Below are positions 18,281 through 28,077 of a stretch of 64,000 nt of DNA, piece by piece. The stretch lies in the IMG/VR virus record IMGVR_UViG_3300042901_002277. The stretch is one strand, 5' to 3'. Position 1 is the stretch's first letter. Every line of letters starts with the position of its first letter. This DNA is from a virus. A program made the position numbers and the translations under genes. The notes under the pieces were generated by a model. It worked only from the letters and a program-made list of their open reading frames with translations. It ran no database searches and was not told the origin of the DNA.

Positions 18281-21200
18281 GTTTTGCGTATCCAAACATC
18301 AGGCGTATTCGCGTTTAGAGAAAGCGTTGCAGCAGTTGCAAACCCACCCGTTACTGTCACATCTTCACGCCATCCTGTTGAAATAGTCGCAGAAATGTTT
18401 AAGCCTACAGGCATTTGTAAATAACTATTGTTCGCCGAAAAGTAATTGTTGGTTGTTGCTGCAACTTGTGAGTTTTGTGCAAGAAAATACAACCCAGGCG
18501 AAAGGGTGTGGTTTATTGTAATTTCATAAGTGGTAGATGATGCTGTAGCGCTAACAGTTCCAGCATCTAATTCAACTGTGCTGGGTTGCCCATTTGTGCT
18601 GTCATAAATACCGATTCGGACTGTTGCAGTTCCTGAAAATGTTGTACCAGTACGAATTGCAATGCGGTCTAATGTTGTGGACTCTGCAATAAAAAATGGT
18701 ACATAAGCAGTTCTGTTTGCTTGCCAAGTTTGCGTTGAGTTGCTTGACGGTGTTTTGTGATAATAAGTTGAAACCATAGGAACGGCTACACCTAAACCCG
18801 CTGCACCTGTAGCACCAGTAGCACCAGTAGCACCCTCAGCACCAGTAGCACCAGTTGGACCCTGTGCTCCTGTTGAACCAACTATTTCAATCCAGAATGA
18901 GTCATAGTAAACAAAAGTTTTTCCAGTGTCAGACTCATACCAAATTTGACCTGTCACGGGTGACGATGGTGGGGTATCTGAAATTGTTGCCCCACCAGCA
19001 CCAAGGTTGCTGTAGGTGGAGCCGTCGTTTGTAAATTCCCACTTATCGGTTGATTCGTTCCATCTTAAATCAACATTTGCTGATGTGCCGCGCTCAACCT
19101 CGATACCAGCATTGACAGTTGGTGAGCCAGTAACACCGCTGTTTAGAACAACAATGTTGTCCTCAATTGCCAAGGTTTCCGTATTCAGCGTCGTCGTAGT
19201 TCCGTTGACGGTAAGGTTCCCACCCACAACAACATCACCAGTTGTATTGACTTGCGCAAATGTAACAGATGCACTTGTATCTACAGCTTGACCAATGGCA
19301 ATAGTTGCATTTGAGCCTTCGCTAGGGGTGTGAGTAATAGTTACTCCAGTGCCCTGCGTTAGGTCAGATAGATAGTTACCGACAGTATCGGTACCTAGGT
19401 TGATTTGGTCATTAACCCAAAGTGTTCCGTTGTACTTAAGGAAGTCTCCTGATGTTTTATCAACAAGTGAAACATCGTGCATCCACTCAAGGTGGTTGTT
19501 GCCGGGAATAATTCTTATTGCAATTTGACCTGTGGAAGCATGACGAACGGTAATGAATGCAACAGCAAGGTCATGTTGTGGTCTTACATTTGTGAGTTTT
19601 CCATCAACGGTTGGGTGAGCAAAAAGGATGTCACCAGCAGCCCAAGTCTCGTCACCAACCGCAAGCGCACTGGCGGTGCTTCCTCTTGTGTCAAGACCAG
19701 TTAGGGTTCCAAAACTCATCACTTCGCCGTTAACGCCGCTAGATATATTGCTTGTAGCAATGCCCATCGCACGAAGTTCTGAGTTTTCTGTTCCTGTTAC
19801 TTGAAACGGTGCAACATCTATTCTTCCGCTAGGCTCTGCGCCAACAGCACCAACCAAGGTTCCTTTAAGTATGGTTGAGCCAGTATTATTCCTGACAAGG
19901 TATACATCTGGGATGTTGCTGTTTACCCAGTTGGTTCCGTCATACATCAATCCTTGAAATTGAAGCGGAGAAGTAATAACAACATCTGAAATTTCATCAA
20001 GGTTCACACCAGAGTTAACAACGCTTGCGCTGATGGTTATGTCTGTAGTTCCGTTAAAAGAAGCAGAACCGCTTAAGTCTCCACCGAGGGAGATGGTTCG
20101 TGCTGTCTCAAGCGCTGAAGCGGTTGATGCATTACCGATTAACGGAGCTGTTACCGTTGCAAACTGTACAGATGAAGAAGTTTCAACTGCTTGCCCGATT
20201 GCAATTGTAGGACTTGAACCCTCTCCTGGCGTGTGCGTTACTGTAACGCCAGTACCTTGTGTTATGTCTGAAACGAAGTTCCCAGTCGTGTCTGTTCCGA
20301 GTTCAATAGCCCCAAGTGCAGCGATGTCCCCGTATGTGGTGCCGTCGTTCGTGAACTCCCATTGGTCGTTTGTTTCATTCCAGCGAATTAGAACATTTGC
20401 TGAAGTTCCACGCTCAATTTCAATTCCTGAATCGAGCGTTGGGGTTGCTGTAACACCAGAGTTCAGAACGACTATATTGTCTTCAACCAAAAGTGTTTCA
20501 GTGTTTAGAGTCGTGGTGGTTCCATTTACAGTCAGGTCCCCACCGACAACAACATCTCCAGACGTTTCAAGCCTTGCAAATGAAACGGACGAAGAGGTCG
20601 CTACGGCTTGTCCAATTGCGATGGTTGGGCTTGAGCCTTCACCAGGTGTATGAGTTATGGTGACACCAGTTCCAGCAGTCACATCATTGACGTAATTACC
20701 AGTTGTGTCTGTCCCTAATGCAACAGAATTTGGCTGAATTGTTGCAGCAATCGAAACGTTCTGCGAGCCGTCAAAGGATACAGAACCCGACACATCTCCG
20801 GATAATTGAATTATTCTTGCAGTTTCAAGGCTTGAAGCCGCTCCAGAAGATACAAGTCCGTTAACCCATTCTGTTCCGTTATAGACCAGTGCCTCTCCAG
20901 ATATAGGGTTGTCTATGAGTACATCGACGAGCTCATAAAGTTCCTGAACTCCAGAACTTGAATCAGTTACTTGAATCCATGCAGAAGAGTAATAAACATA
21001 CACTTCGAGTTCAAGCGAACTAAACCAGAGGTCGCCTTCTTCTGCCCCAGCTGGAGGCGTGTCGGAAACAGTTAATGAAGCTCCACCTCCACCAGCAGCG
21101 ACTGAAGCGGAAACAAATTTTGTTCCGTTAAATACGAGAGCATCGCCAACTGTTGCGCCAAGCGTGTCAATCTGTGTGCCACCAACATATAAGCCAGCAG

Positions 21201-21411
21201 CCTTGAATGTGTCATCAGTCTTGAGAACTGATTCAGCATCTCGATAGAGATTTGTGTCTCCAGCACCAGCGCCTGCACCCCATGTGATGCGTCCGCCCGC
21301 CTCTACTTTTAATCGAGCAAAAGATTCTTGGTCAAGAAATACAGTAAGACCGTCCGAGCCTGCTGACGACAGGTTTTTAATCGTTACTGGTACTGTAAAT
21401 TTTTGAGCCAT
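18277..21411 (-). CDS. Tail fibre protein with short collagen-like segment
   Basis: Fibre modules shared with 11825 and 16501; (G-X-Y)n GSTGAQGPTGATGAEGATGATGATGAAG. Confidence 0.85.
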   Translation of the reverse strand: MAQKFTVPVTIKNLSSAGSDGLTVFLDQESFARLKVEAGGRITWGAGAGAGDTNLYRDAESVLKTDDTFKAAGLYVGGTQIDTLGATVGDALVFNGTKFVSASVAAGGGGASLTVSDTPPAGAEEGDLWFSSLELEVYVYYSSAWIQVTDSSSGVQELYELVDVLIDNPISGEALVYNGTEWVNGLVSSGAASSLETARIIQLSGDVSGSVSFDGSQNVSIAATIQPNSVALGTDTTGNYVNDVTAGTGVTITHTPGEGSSPTIAIGQAVATSSSVSFARLETSGDVVVGGDLTVNGTTTTLNTETLLVEDNIVVLNSGVTATPTLDSGIEIERGTSANVLIRWNETNDQWEFTNDGTTYGDIAALGAIELGTDTTGNFVSDITQGTGVTVTHTPGEGSSPTIAIGQAVETSSSVQFATVTAPLIGNASTASALETARTISLGGDLSGSASFNGTTDITISASVVNSGVNLDEISDVVITSPLQFQGLMYDGTNWVNSNIPDVYLVRNNTGSTILKGTLVGAVGAEPSGRIDVAPFQVTGTENSELRAMGIATSNISSGVNGEVMSFGTLTGLDTRGSTASALAVGDETWAAGDILFAHPTVDGKLTNVRPQHDLAVAFITVRHASTGQIAIRIIPGNNHLEWMHDVSLVDKTSGDFLKYNGTLWVNDQINLGTDTVGNYLSDLTQGTGVTITHTPSEGSNATIAIGQAVDTSASVTFAQVNTTGDVVVGGNLTVNGTTTTLNTETLAIEDNIVVLNSGVTGSPTVNAGIEVERGTSANVDLRWNESTDKWEFTNDGSTYSNLGAGGATISDTPPSSPVTGQIWYESDTGKTFVYYDSFWIEIVGSTGAQGPTGATGAEGATGATGATGAAGLGVAVPMVSTYYHKTPSSNSTQTWQANRTAYVPFFIAESTTLDRIAIRTGTTFSGTATVRIGIYDSTNGQPSTVELDAGTVSATASSTTYEITINHTLSPGLYFLAQNSQVAATTNNYFSANNSYLQMPVGLNISATISTGWREDVTVTGGFATAATLSLNANTPDVWIRKT

Positions 21412-21455
21412 GACCTCAGTCAATCTCTTGTTTTAACCCCTCAGGGTTGTTTGTT

Positions 21456-23180
21456 TTAGCCTGTTACTACAATAGTGAATTCGTTGGTGTCAACTGAACC
21501 ATTGATTACAACCTGAACGGTGTTCCCGTTCGGACGTGTTACATCTGCAATTACCGTCTCACCAGTTGAGACCTGATAGACCTGAACAATTACATCTGTT
21601 GTCCCAAAGTTGTGTGTAACAGTAGTTGTTGACACACCAAGAGAATGTGCCGTGTTTCCCTGCTTGGCAATTCTTGCAAGAACTGGAGTGCTTGTTGTTC
21701 CTGCTGTAGTCGCGGCAAGATTGGCTCTTGCAGCTGCGGCTGATGTAGCAGCGGTACCACCATTTGCAATGGCAATGGTAGTTCCGTTCCAGGTACCAGT
21801 AGTGATGGTTCCAAGGGTTGTGATGCTGTCATCACCAACATAGGTGCTTGCAGAAACTGCTGCAAGTACTGCACTGTAAGCCTGAACGTTTGTTCCAATT
21901 GTTAGTCCAAGCGTGTCACGCATTGCTGACGAATCAGCGTCATCAAGCAAGTCTCTTGCTGCTGAGGTAAAGTCTGCAACCGCTGCAGTTCCAGAACCAG
22001 TGAAGTATGGAAGCTTGTTGGCGGCAGATGTTAGACCAGCGAGTGCTGCGAGTTCTGCATCATAAGCCTGAACATCAACACCGATTTCAAGGTCAAGAGC
22101 AACTCTTGCATCTGCGGCTGTTGTGGAGTTGGTACCACCATGCTCTATCGGGAGAGCACCAGTTACCGCATCGCCATCAGCAAGGTCCAATGCACCCCAC
22201 GTGGCAGTTCCTGAACCAGCAGAAAGAAGAACTTGACCGGCAGTTGCTGAAGACTTAACAGCAAGGTCATCATTCCCGTCAACATAGATAGTTACATCGT
22301 CATCGTTGACATTGAGGGTGTTGCCAAGTTTTGACATTCCCTCGCCAGCAGTGATTTGTCCAGTTCCTGAGAACTGAACCCAGTTCATTGCATCGGTACC
22401 AACGTTTATTGTTCCGTTGCTTGAGACAACATAACCAGCATCGCCGTTATCTGTTCCTTCTTCCACGAAGGTGAATGTTCCACCAGATACAGTTCCTGTG
22501 TCTGCTGTACCGTTTGCATCAGTTGCTCGTGTTGGCATTCCAGAAGAAGCAACAACATAGATTCCATTTTCCGACGCAGTGCTTTGGTCTTTAACGAGAA
22601 CACGGTCACCAGCAACGAGAGTTACGGTCGTGTCAATTACATCGCCAGCCTCAAGTTGGTTGGCAAGGTTGATTGGACCAGTTGTGGCGGCTCGAACAGA
22701 TGCTTTAACATCAAGACCAGAGCGAGCAGCATCAACATACGCCTTAGTGGCAGCATGGTTCGCATCAGTTGGTGTGCCAAACTTTGCTTGACCTGAGCCA
22801 TCACGAATTACAAGTTTGCTTGCAGTTGCTTCTGAGGTGGCGTCTCCGAGTTTTGAAAAGTCAGAAGCCGACATCAAACCAGCACTTGCAGATGTTGCAA
22901 GGTTTGGCGTGATTGTAATCTGACCACCAGCTTCAGTGATTGTCAATGAGGTAGAGTAAGAGCCACCAGAGACCACACCAGCCTGTTCGCCGGTGCTTGC
23001 GACTACCTTGCGCCATGTGGAAGCAGTGGCGTCATATATTTTGATGACTCCATCAACGCTGTTGAAGTACATTCGACCGTCGAACAGATTAGTGTTCGGG
23101 TCGCTTATAAGAACTTCAAAAGTAGCCTTAATCAGTTGATTTTGATTAAGGTCAATATTTGTTACAAATTTTTGAGCCAT
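21456..23180 (-). CDS. Tail fibre/structural protein
   Basis: HAATKAYVD, DVKASVRAATT, RVLVKDQSTASENGIYV, THNFGTTDV modules. Confidence 0.8.
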   Translation of the reverse strand: MAQKFVTNIDLNQNQLIKATFEVLISDPNTNLFDGRMYFNSVDGVIKIYDATASTWRKVVASTGEQAGVVSGGSYSTSLTITEAGGQITITPNLATSASAGLMSASDFSKLGDATSEATASKLVIRDGSGQAKFGTPTDANHAATKAYVDAARSGLDVKASVRAATTGPINLANQLEAGDVIDTTVTLVAGDRVLVKDQSTASENGIYVVASSGMPTRATDANGTADTGTVSGGTFTFVEEGTDNGDAGYVVSSNGTINVGTDAMNWVQFSGTGQITAGEGMSKLGNTLNVNDDDVTIYVDGNDDLAVKSSATAGQVLLSAGSGTATWGALDLADGDAVTGALPIEHGGTNSTTAADARVALDLEIGVDVQAYDAELAALAGLTSAANKLPYFTGSGTAAVADFTSAARDLLDDADSSAMRDTLGLTIGTNVQAYSAVLAAVSASTYVGDDSITTLGTITTGTWNGTTIAIANGGTAATSAAAARANLAATTAGTTSTPVLARIAKQGNTAHSLGVSTTTVTHNFGTTDVIVQVYQVSTGETVIADVTRPNGNTVQVVINGSVDTNEFTIVVTG

Positions 23181-23190
23181 TTTGTCCGCC

Positions 23191-23502
23191 TTACGTCAGA
23201 TAGGCAAATCCAGAAAAAGCAGACGTGAAGTTCACTTCTACTTCAGAATTACTGTTATATGTTACCTCACCCACGACTACGGTATCTGCAGAATCCACAA
23301 TGGTGATAGAAGGCTTGCCTCCGAGGGTGTGTGTGATAATCCATGTGGTAGACGCGACACCCTGTGCGTGAACGTGTCTTCTTGTGTTTGATGAGCCAGC
23401 ACCAGCAAAACGAACTACAACTTGATTTTGAGCGTCTTGGTTTACTATTACGTTATTCGGTGTGTCTTCTCGAATATTTATCTGATTAGGAACATTGCTC
23501 AT
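23191..23502 (-). CDS. Small structural protein
   Basis: WIITHTLGGKPSITIVDS...FSGFAYL. Confidence 0.65.
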   Translation of the reverse strand: MSNVPNQINIREDTPNNVIVNQDAQNQVVVRFAGAGSSNTRRHVHAQGVASTTWIITHTLGGKPSITIVDSADTVVVGEVTYNSNSEVEVNFTSAFSGFAYLT

Positions 23503-23882
23503 CGAGTAACCTCTGGGATTAGAGTGAATGCACCCTTAACCACCTTTGAAACAAAACCATCATTGTCGATTATCTCGAGGTCGTAGACCCCACTACTGTT
23601 GATTGATGCAGTAACTGAAGCTGACATTGACATCTTTATCAAGTTGGTAGTGTCATTAGTTGGGTTAATTTCTAAACCTAAGTTTTCAGTAGTTAGCGTG
23701 ACTATAGCGGAGGCAGATTCAACAGTTCTTCTTACCTGCATTCTGGCAGTGTAACCAGTTAAGTCAAATTCCTCGTAAGTTTGACCTGTTGGGTCTGTGG
23801 CAAGGTCGGGTTGCTCTAGTTCTAGGATGCGCAAAAATGACGAGCCTTGCTCGCAAGTTATGTTGTAGACACCAGCAATCAT
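23499..23882 (-). CDS. Tail/baseplate-associated structural protein
   Basis: YNITCEQGSSF...DLTGYTARMQVR...GVYDLEI...PEVTR. Confidence 0.7.
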   Translation of the reverse strand: MIAGVYNITCEQGSSFLRILELEQPDLATDPTGQTYEEFDLTGYTARMQVRRTVESASAIVTLTTENLGLEINPTNDTTNLIKMSMSASVTASINSSGVYDLEIIDNDGFVSKVVKGAFTLIPEVTR

Positions 23883-23952
23883 GGGCGCGCTCTCCTAATC
23901 AGACACCTCAAAGATTGTAGATTAGGAAACAGTCTGCTACGAGCAGATATCA

Positions 23953-24168
23953 CTAAATAGCCGAAGCTGAATCCTTGTTTGGACCGACTTTCTTGAGACC
24001 CATGGCCATTGCTATAGAGAGGGCTACTGCGGTCACTCCAACTTTGAGATTGTCCGAAGCCACGAGGCCGTCGAAATCTGCACCAGTAGCCACCCATGCT
24101 GCTAAGTAGGCTTGCAAAAATGTTCTAACAGCTCTCTCTGCTGTATCTTTCAAAAACTTGCTTTCCAT
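23953..24168 (-). CDS. r1t-type holin
   Basis: FLKDTAERAVRTFLQA plus two hydrophobic segments; SD GGGAG before MESKF. Confidence 0.75.
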   Translation of the reverse strand: MESKFLKDTAERAVRTFLQAYLAAWVATGADFDGLVASDNLKVGVTAVALSIAMAMGLKKVGPNKDSASAI

Positions 24169-24248
24169 GTTGTCTCCCAACTTTTTTGGTACAACCAATT
24201 TACCATATTTGCTTTCACGGTCTTTGCTTACCGTGCTAATGTCTTTCC

Positions 24249-25346
24249 GTGGCTCCAAAAAAACGAAAACCGACAATTGGTTATCTAACAAGCGACTGGG
24301 CGTGGGGCACTGAACCACTTCAACCAAACGGCTGTGCGTGGTATAGATGCAAGTTGCCTGCAGACCAATTAAATAAACGTGGCTGGTTTGCAACCGTTGG
24401 GTTCCCTGGTTTTAATCCACAGCGTGGATTTGGAATGGTTGTTCCTGGCGATAAAGCCGTCCATGGTTGGGACATTATTGTTTTTAAGTTACTAATGCAG
24501 CGCGAAGTGCTCGAAGCAATGCCTCTTGCCCAAAAAATGGGCCAGAAAATAGTTGTTGATGTTGATGACTGGTTTGATGGACTAGCTGTAACAAACAGGG
24601 CCTATCAAGCAACAGACCCTAAAACCAACCCAGATAACAACAGGGATATTTACGCTCAGATAATAATGCAGGCTGACGCTGTAATCACTTCAACGCCATT
24701 CCTCTTTGATTATTACGCAGCAAAAAGAGAAAATGTCTTCATGGTTAGAAATGGAATAGACATTGAAAGGTGGAAACCACGTACGCCTCGCACGAATCAC
24801 CGACTCAAGCTTGGATGGGTTGGTGCAACCCCATGGCGCTCAGGTGACCTAGAAACACTTGCACCATTTTTAGGTAGATACCTAGTGAACAGAAAGATAG
24901 GTTTTCATCATTCTGGACATACTGCTGGCTCAGCAATCCCTGCAAACAAACAACTTGGCATACCAGACAGCATAACCAGGACCCTTCCATTGGCTCCTAT
25001 TATGTCGTATCCAAAATTGTTTGAACCAATCGATATTGGAATGGTTCCGTTAAACAACGTTCCATTCAATCATGCAAAATCATTCATTAAAGGCCTTGAA
25101 TACGCTGCTGCTGGAGTTCCTTTTATTTCTTCATATTCACCAGAGTACAAACTCCTTGCCGACCAGGGAATTGGTCGCATTGCATATACTCCAGATGATT
25201 GGGTTTATCATTTAGATGAATTACGTCAAACTCAAATCAGAAGAGACGAGGTTGGACACAATCTTGAAATGCTGCAAAACTTTACAATGGCAAAACGTGG
25301 CGATGACTGGGACGCAACAATGCGTTTCATCCTAGAGAAGATTTAA
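24249..25346 (+). CDS. GT-B glycosyltransferase (GT4-like)
   Basis: DVDD; DIGMVPL..FNHAKSFIKGLEYAAAGVPFISS. Confidence 0.85.
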   Translation: MAPKKRKPTIGYLTSDWAWGTEPLQPNGCAWYRCKLPADQLNKRGWFATVGFPGFNPQRGFGMVVPGDKAVHGWDIIVFKLLMQREVLEAMPLAQKMGQKIVVDVDDWFDGLAVTNRAYQATDPKTNPDNNRDIYAQIIMQADAVITSTPFLFDYYAAKRENVFMVRNGIDIERWKPRTPRTNHRLKLGWVGATPWRSGDLETLAPFLGRYLVNRKIGFHHSGHTAGSAIPANKQLGIPDSITRTLPLAPIMSYPKLFEPIDIGMVPLNNVPFNHAKSFIKGLEYAAAGVPFISSYSPEYKLLADQGIGRIAYTPDDWVYHLDELRQTQIRRDEVGHNLEMLQNFTMAKRGDDWDATMRFILEKI

Positions 25347-25353
25347 GTGTTTT

Positions 25354-26010
25354 ATGCGGGATATTGCTTGGACTTTCGGTTTAATAACCGTATATGAGGA
25401 TAAGGAAAGACTTCGAGAAATAGTCGAAAGTATCCGTTCACTCGCAATTCCAGATTATGAAATACTGCTTGTTGGCGGCGGTGATTCCAGCGGAATCGAA
25501 GGCGTAGATATCGTCAAGATTGATTTTGATGAATCAATAAAACCACGATGGATTACTCGTAAAAAGAACGTTCTTGTTCAAAAGGCGAAATACGACAACA
25601 TAGTTTTAATGCATGATTACCACATCTTTGACTCAAGATGGTACGAAGAATTTAAGACGTTTGGAACAGATTGGGAAATATGTTCTTGCCCTCAATACCT
25701 AATTACCGGTGCACGAAACCCAATGGACTGGTCTCTGTGGGATAAGCCTGGGCACGGTCGAGCATGGTCTCTTGACTATAACGACTGGACGCAGACTGAA
25801 TACATGTACATATCTGGTGGATTCTTCATAATCAAAAAACATGTGATGATTGAAGAACCATTAGATGAATCCCGCGGATGGAACGAAGAAGAAGATGTCG
25901 AATGGTCAATGCGTGTTCGTAATAAATATGTAATGAAATGCAACGGTAACAGCATTGTTCGCCACAACAAGTGGCACCGCCACGCTGGACAAAACCCAAA
26001 TGAAAAGTAA
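25354..26010 (+). CDS. GT-A glycosyltransferase (GT2-like)
   Basis: YEILLVG, KKN..V..AKYDNIVLMHDY, EEDVEWS. Confidence 0.75.
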   Translation: MRDIAWTFGLITVYEDKERLREIVESIRSLAIPDYEILLVGGGDSSGIEGVDIVKIDFDESIKPRWITRKKNVLVQKAKYDNIVLMHDYHIFDSRWYEEFKTFGTDWEICSCPQYLITGARNPMDWSLWDKPGHGRAWSLDYNDWTQTEYMYISGGFFIIKKHVMIEEPLDESRGWNEEEDVEWSMRVRNKYVMKCNGNSIVRHNKWHRHAGQNPNEK

Positions 26011-27373
26011 CTTTCTTGTCATCTTTGACCTTGATGGGGTTTTGATTGAATCTCGCGATGTTCATTACGATTCTTTAAATATTGCTCTTAGTAGAGTTGA
26101 CCCTAAGTACATCATTACTCGGGATGAGCACCTTTCTAGATACGACGGACTTGGCACTACCACAAAACTGAAGATGCTCACTCAAGACAAAGGGTTACCC
26201 GAGTCCAAGCACCAACAGATTTGGGAAGACAAGCAAGTAGCAACCCTGAGAATCCTGTCTGAGTTCCCCAAAAACTATGTCGCAATAGACATCATGCAGA
26301 CGCTGAAGGAGAGAGGGTGGAAGATTGCTGTAGCCAGTAACGCAATCCGTGAAACCGTAATCACCGCCCTTGACGCCATTGGTGTGTTGAAATACGTTGG
26401 ATATATCATGAGCAATGAGGATGTGAAGCACCATAAGCCACACCCTGAGATGTACTGGCAGTGCATTGTTTCCCTTGATGCGACGCCAGCAAACACTATA
26501 ATTATTGAAGATTCTCATATCGGCAGAGAAGGTGCGCTGAGTTCTGGTGCAAATCTCCATGCAATCAAAAACGCGGAAGACTTAAACAAAGAAAGACTGA
26601 TGCGTTTTGTTGACGAAATTGAGACCCGAGGAAAAAGACCTGTTGCATGGAGGAATGAAAAGATGAATGTTTTGATACCAATGGCTGGAGCTGGTTCGCG
26701 CTTTGCTCAGGCAGGATATACGTTTCCGAAACCACTAATTGAGGTCAATGGGAAGCCAATGATTCAGGTGGTAGTTGAGAACCTTAATATCGACGCTCAC
26801 TTTATCTTTCTGGTTCAAAAGGAACACTACGAGAAGTACAACTTGAAGCAGGTTCTTGGACTCATAAAACCTGGCTGTGACATTGTTCTTGTTGACGGAA
26901 TGACGGAAGGTGCGGCTTGCACAACCCTTCTTGCTTCTGGATTAATCGACAACGATGAACCATTGCTGATGGCAAACTCGGACCAAGTTGTTGAGTGGAA
27001 CAGCAATGAGTGTCTTTATGCATTTAGTTCTGAAGACATTGATGGTGGAATACTCACGTTTAAAGCAACTCACCCAAAGTGGTCTTACGCAAAATTGGGC
27101 GAAGATGGGTTTGTTTCTGAAGTTGCCGAGAAGAACCCAATCTCAGACAATGCAACAGTTGGAATCTATTACTGGAAGCATGGTTCCGACTATGTTAAAT
27201 ATGCCAACCAAATGATTGAAAAGGAAATCAGAACCAATAATGAGTTCTATGTTTGCCCTGTGTTCAATGAAGCAATTCAGGACGACAAAAAAATAAGAAT
27301 TAAAGAAGTCCCAAAGATGTGGGGAATTGGGACTCCAGAAGACCTTAACTATTACTTGGAGAACTCAAAATGA
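26000..27373 (+). CDS. HAD phosphatase - sugar nucleotidyltransferase fusion
   Basis: DLDGVL / SN / KPHPE / IEDS HAD motifs, then IPMAGAGSRF...PKPLI...GTPEDL. Confidence 0.85.
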   Translation: MKSNFLVIFDLDGVLIESRDVHYDSLNIALSRVDPKYIITRDEHLSRYDGLGTTTKLKMLTQDKGLPESKHQQIWEDKQVATLRILSEFPKNYVAIDIMQTLKERGWKIAVASNAIRETVITALDAIGVLKYVGYIMSNEDVKHHKPHPEMYWQCIVSLDATPANTIIIEDSHIGREGALSSGANLHAIKNAEDLNKERLMRFVDEIETRGKRPVAWRNEKMNVLIPMAGAGSRFAQAGYTFPKPLIEVNGKPMIQVVVENLNIDAHFIFLVQKEHYEKYNLKQVLGLIKPGCDIVLVDGMTEGAACTTLLASGLIDNDEPLLMANSDQVVEWNSNECLYAFSSEDIDGGILTFKATHPKWSYAKLGEDGFVSEVAEKNPISDNATVGIYYWKHGSDYVKYANQMIEKEIRTNNEFYVCPVFNEAIQDDKKIRIKEVPKMWGIGTPEDLNYYLENSK

Positions 27374-28077
27374 GCAAGAGTAAAAAAGATTATCTAGACA
27401 TGCAGAACTCTTATTACGACGAGTATGCATCGAAGTGGTCGCTTGATTTTAGAGACCCTGTTGTTGGCTCTTACGACGCCCATAATAACTGGTCTGATTA
27501 CGATGAATTCCTATTCAAAGGTTTTGAAACAAACGGTCTTGTCGCCCTTGAATATGGGTGCGGCCCTGGGCGAAATTTGGTAAAGTTCTCTAATCGCTTT
27601 ACGCGGGTCGACGGAATAGATATTTCTCATGTGAATATCGAGAAGGCCAGACTAAACGTAAAAGCAAATAACATTGCTGAGCCGAATCTTTATGTAACGA
27701 GCGGCGACAACCTTTCGGCTATTGCAGACGATGTTTATGATGTGGTATTTGCTGTAATTTGCTTTCAGCATATTTGCGTTCATAAAATTAGATTTGACAT
27801 TTTGACTGATATTTACAGAGTCCTCAAGCCGGGCGGAAAACTCTGTTTTCAGATGGGTTATGGCGGCAAAGGCGAAATCCCAACAGCTGGGTACTATGAC
27901 AATAACTACGACGCTGGCAGCACAAACGGACATTCAGACGTAAGCATCCAGGATGAACAGACGTTATTCGATGACCTTGTCGGAAAAATTGGTTTTACTA
28001 ATTACAAATCAGACATAAGACCAACTGGCCCTGGGGATAATCACAAAAACTGGATATGGGTTCAGGTTGAAAAGTGA
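27370..28077 (+). CDS. Class I SAM-dependent methyltransferase
   Basis: EYGCGPG, GIDIS, YDVVF, RVLKPGG. Confidence 0.85.
   Translation: MSKSKKDYLDMQNSYYDEYASKWSLDFRDPVVGSYDAHNNWSDYDEFLFKGFETNGLVALEYGCGPGRNLVKFSNRFTRVDGIDISHVNIEKARLNVKANNIAEPNLYVTSGDNLSAIADDVYDVVFAVICFQHICVHKIRFDILTDIYRVLKPGGKLCFQMGYGGKGEIPTAGYYDNNYDAGSTNGHSDVSIQDEQTLFDDLVGKIGFTNYKSDIRPTGPGDNHKNWIWVQVEK

Noticed and set aside
18797-18880. Collagen-like segment as the substrate of the P4H-like enzymes
   Set aside because: Only one Pro, in the X position (GPT); classical P4H needs Y-position Pro, so the PPYF tail is the better candidate
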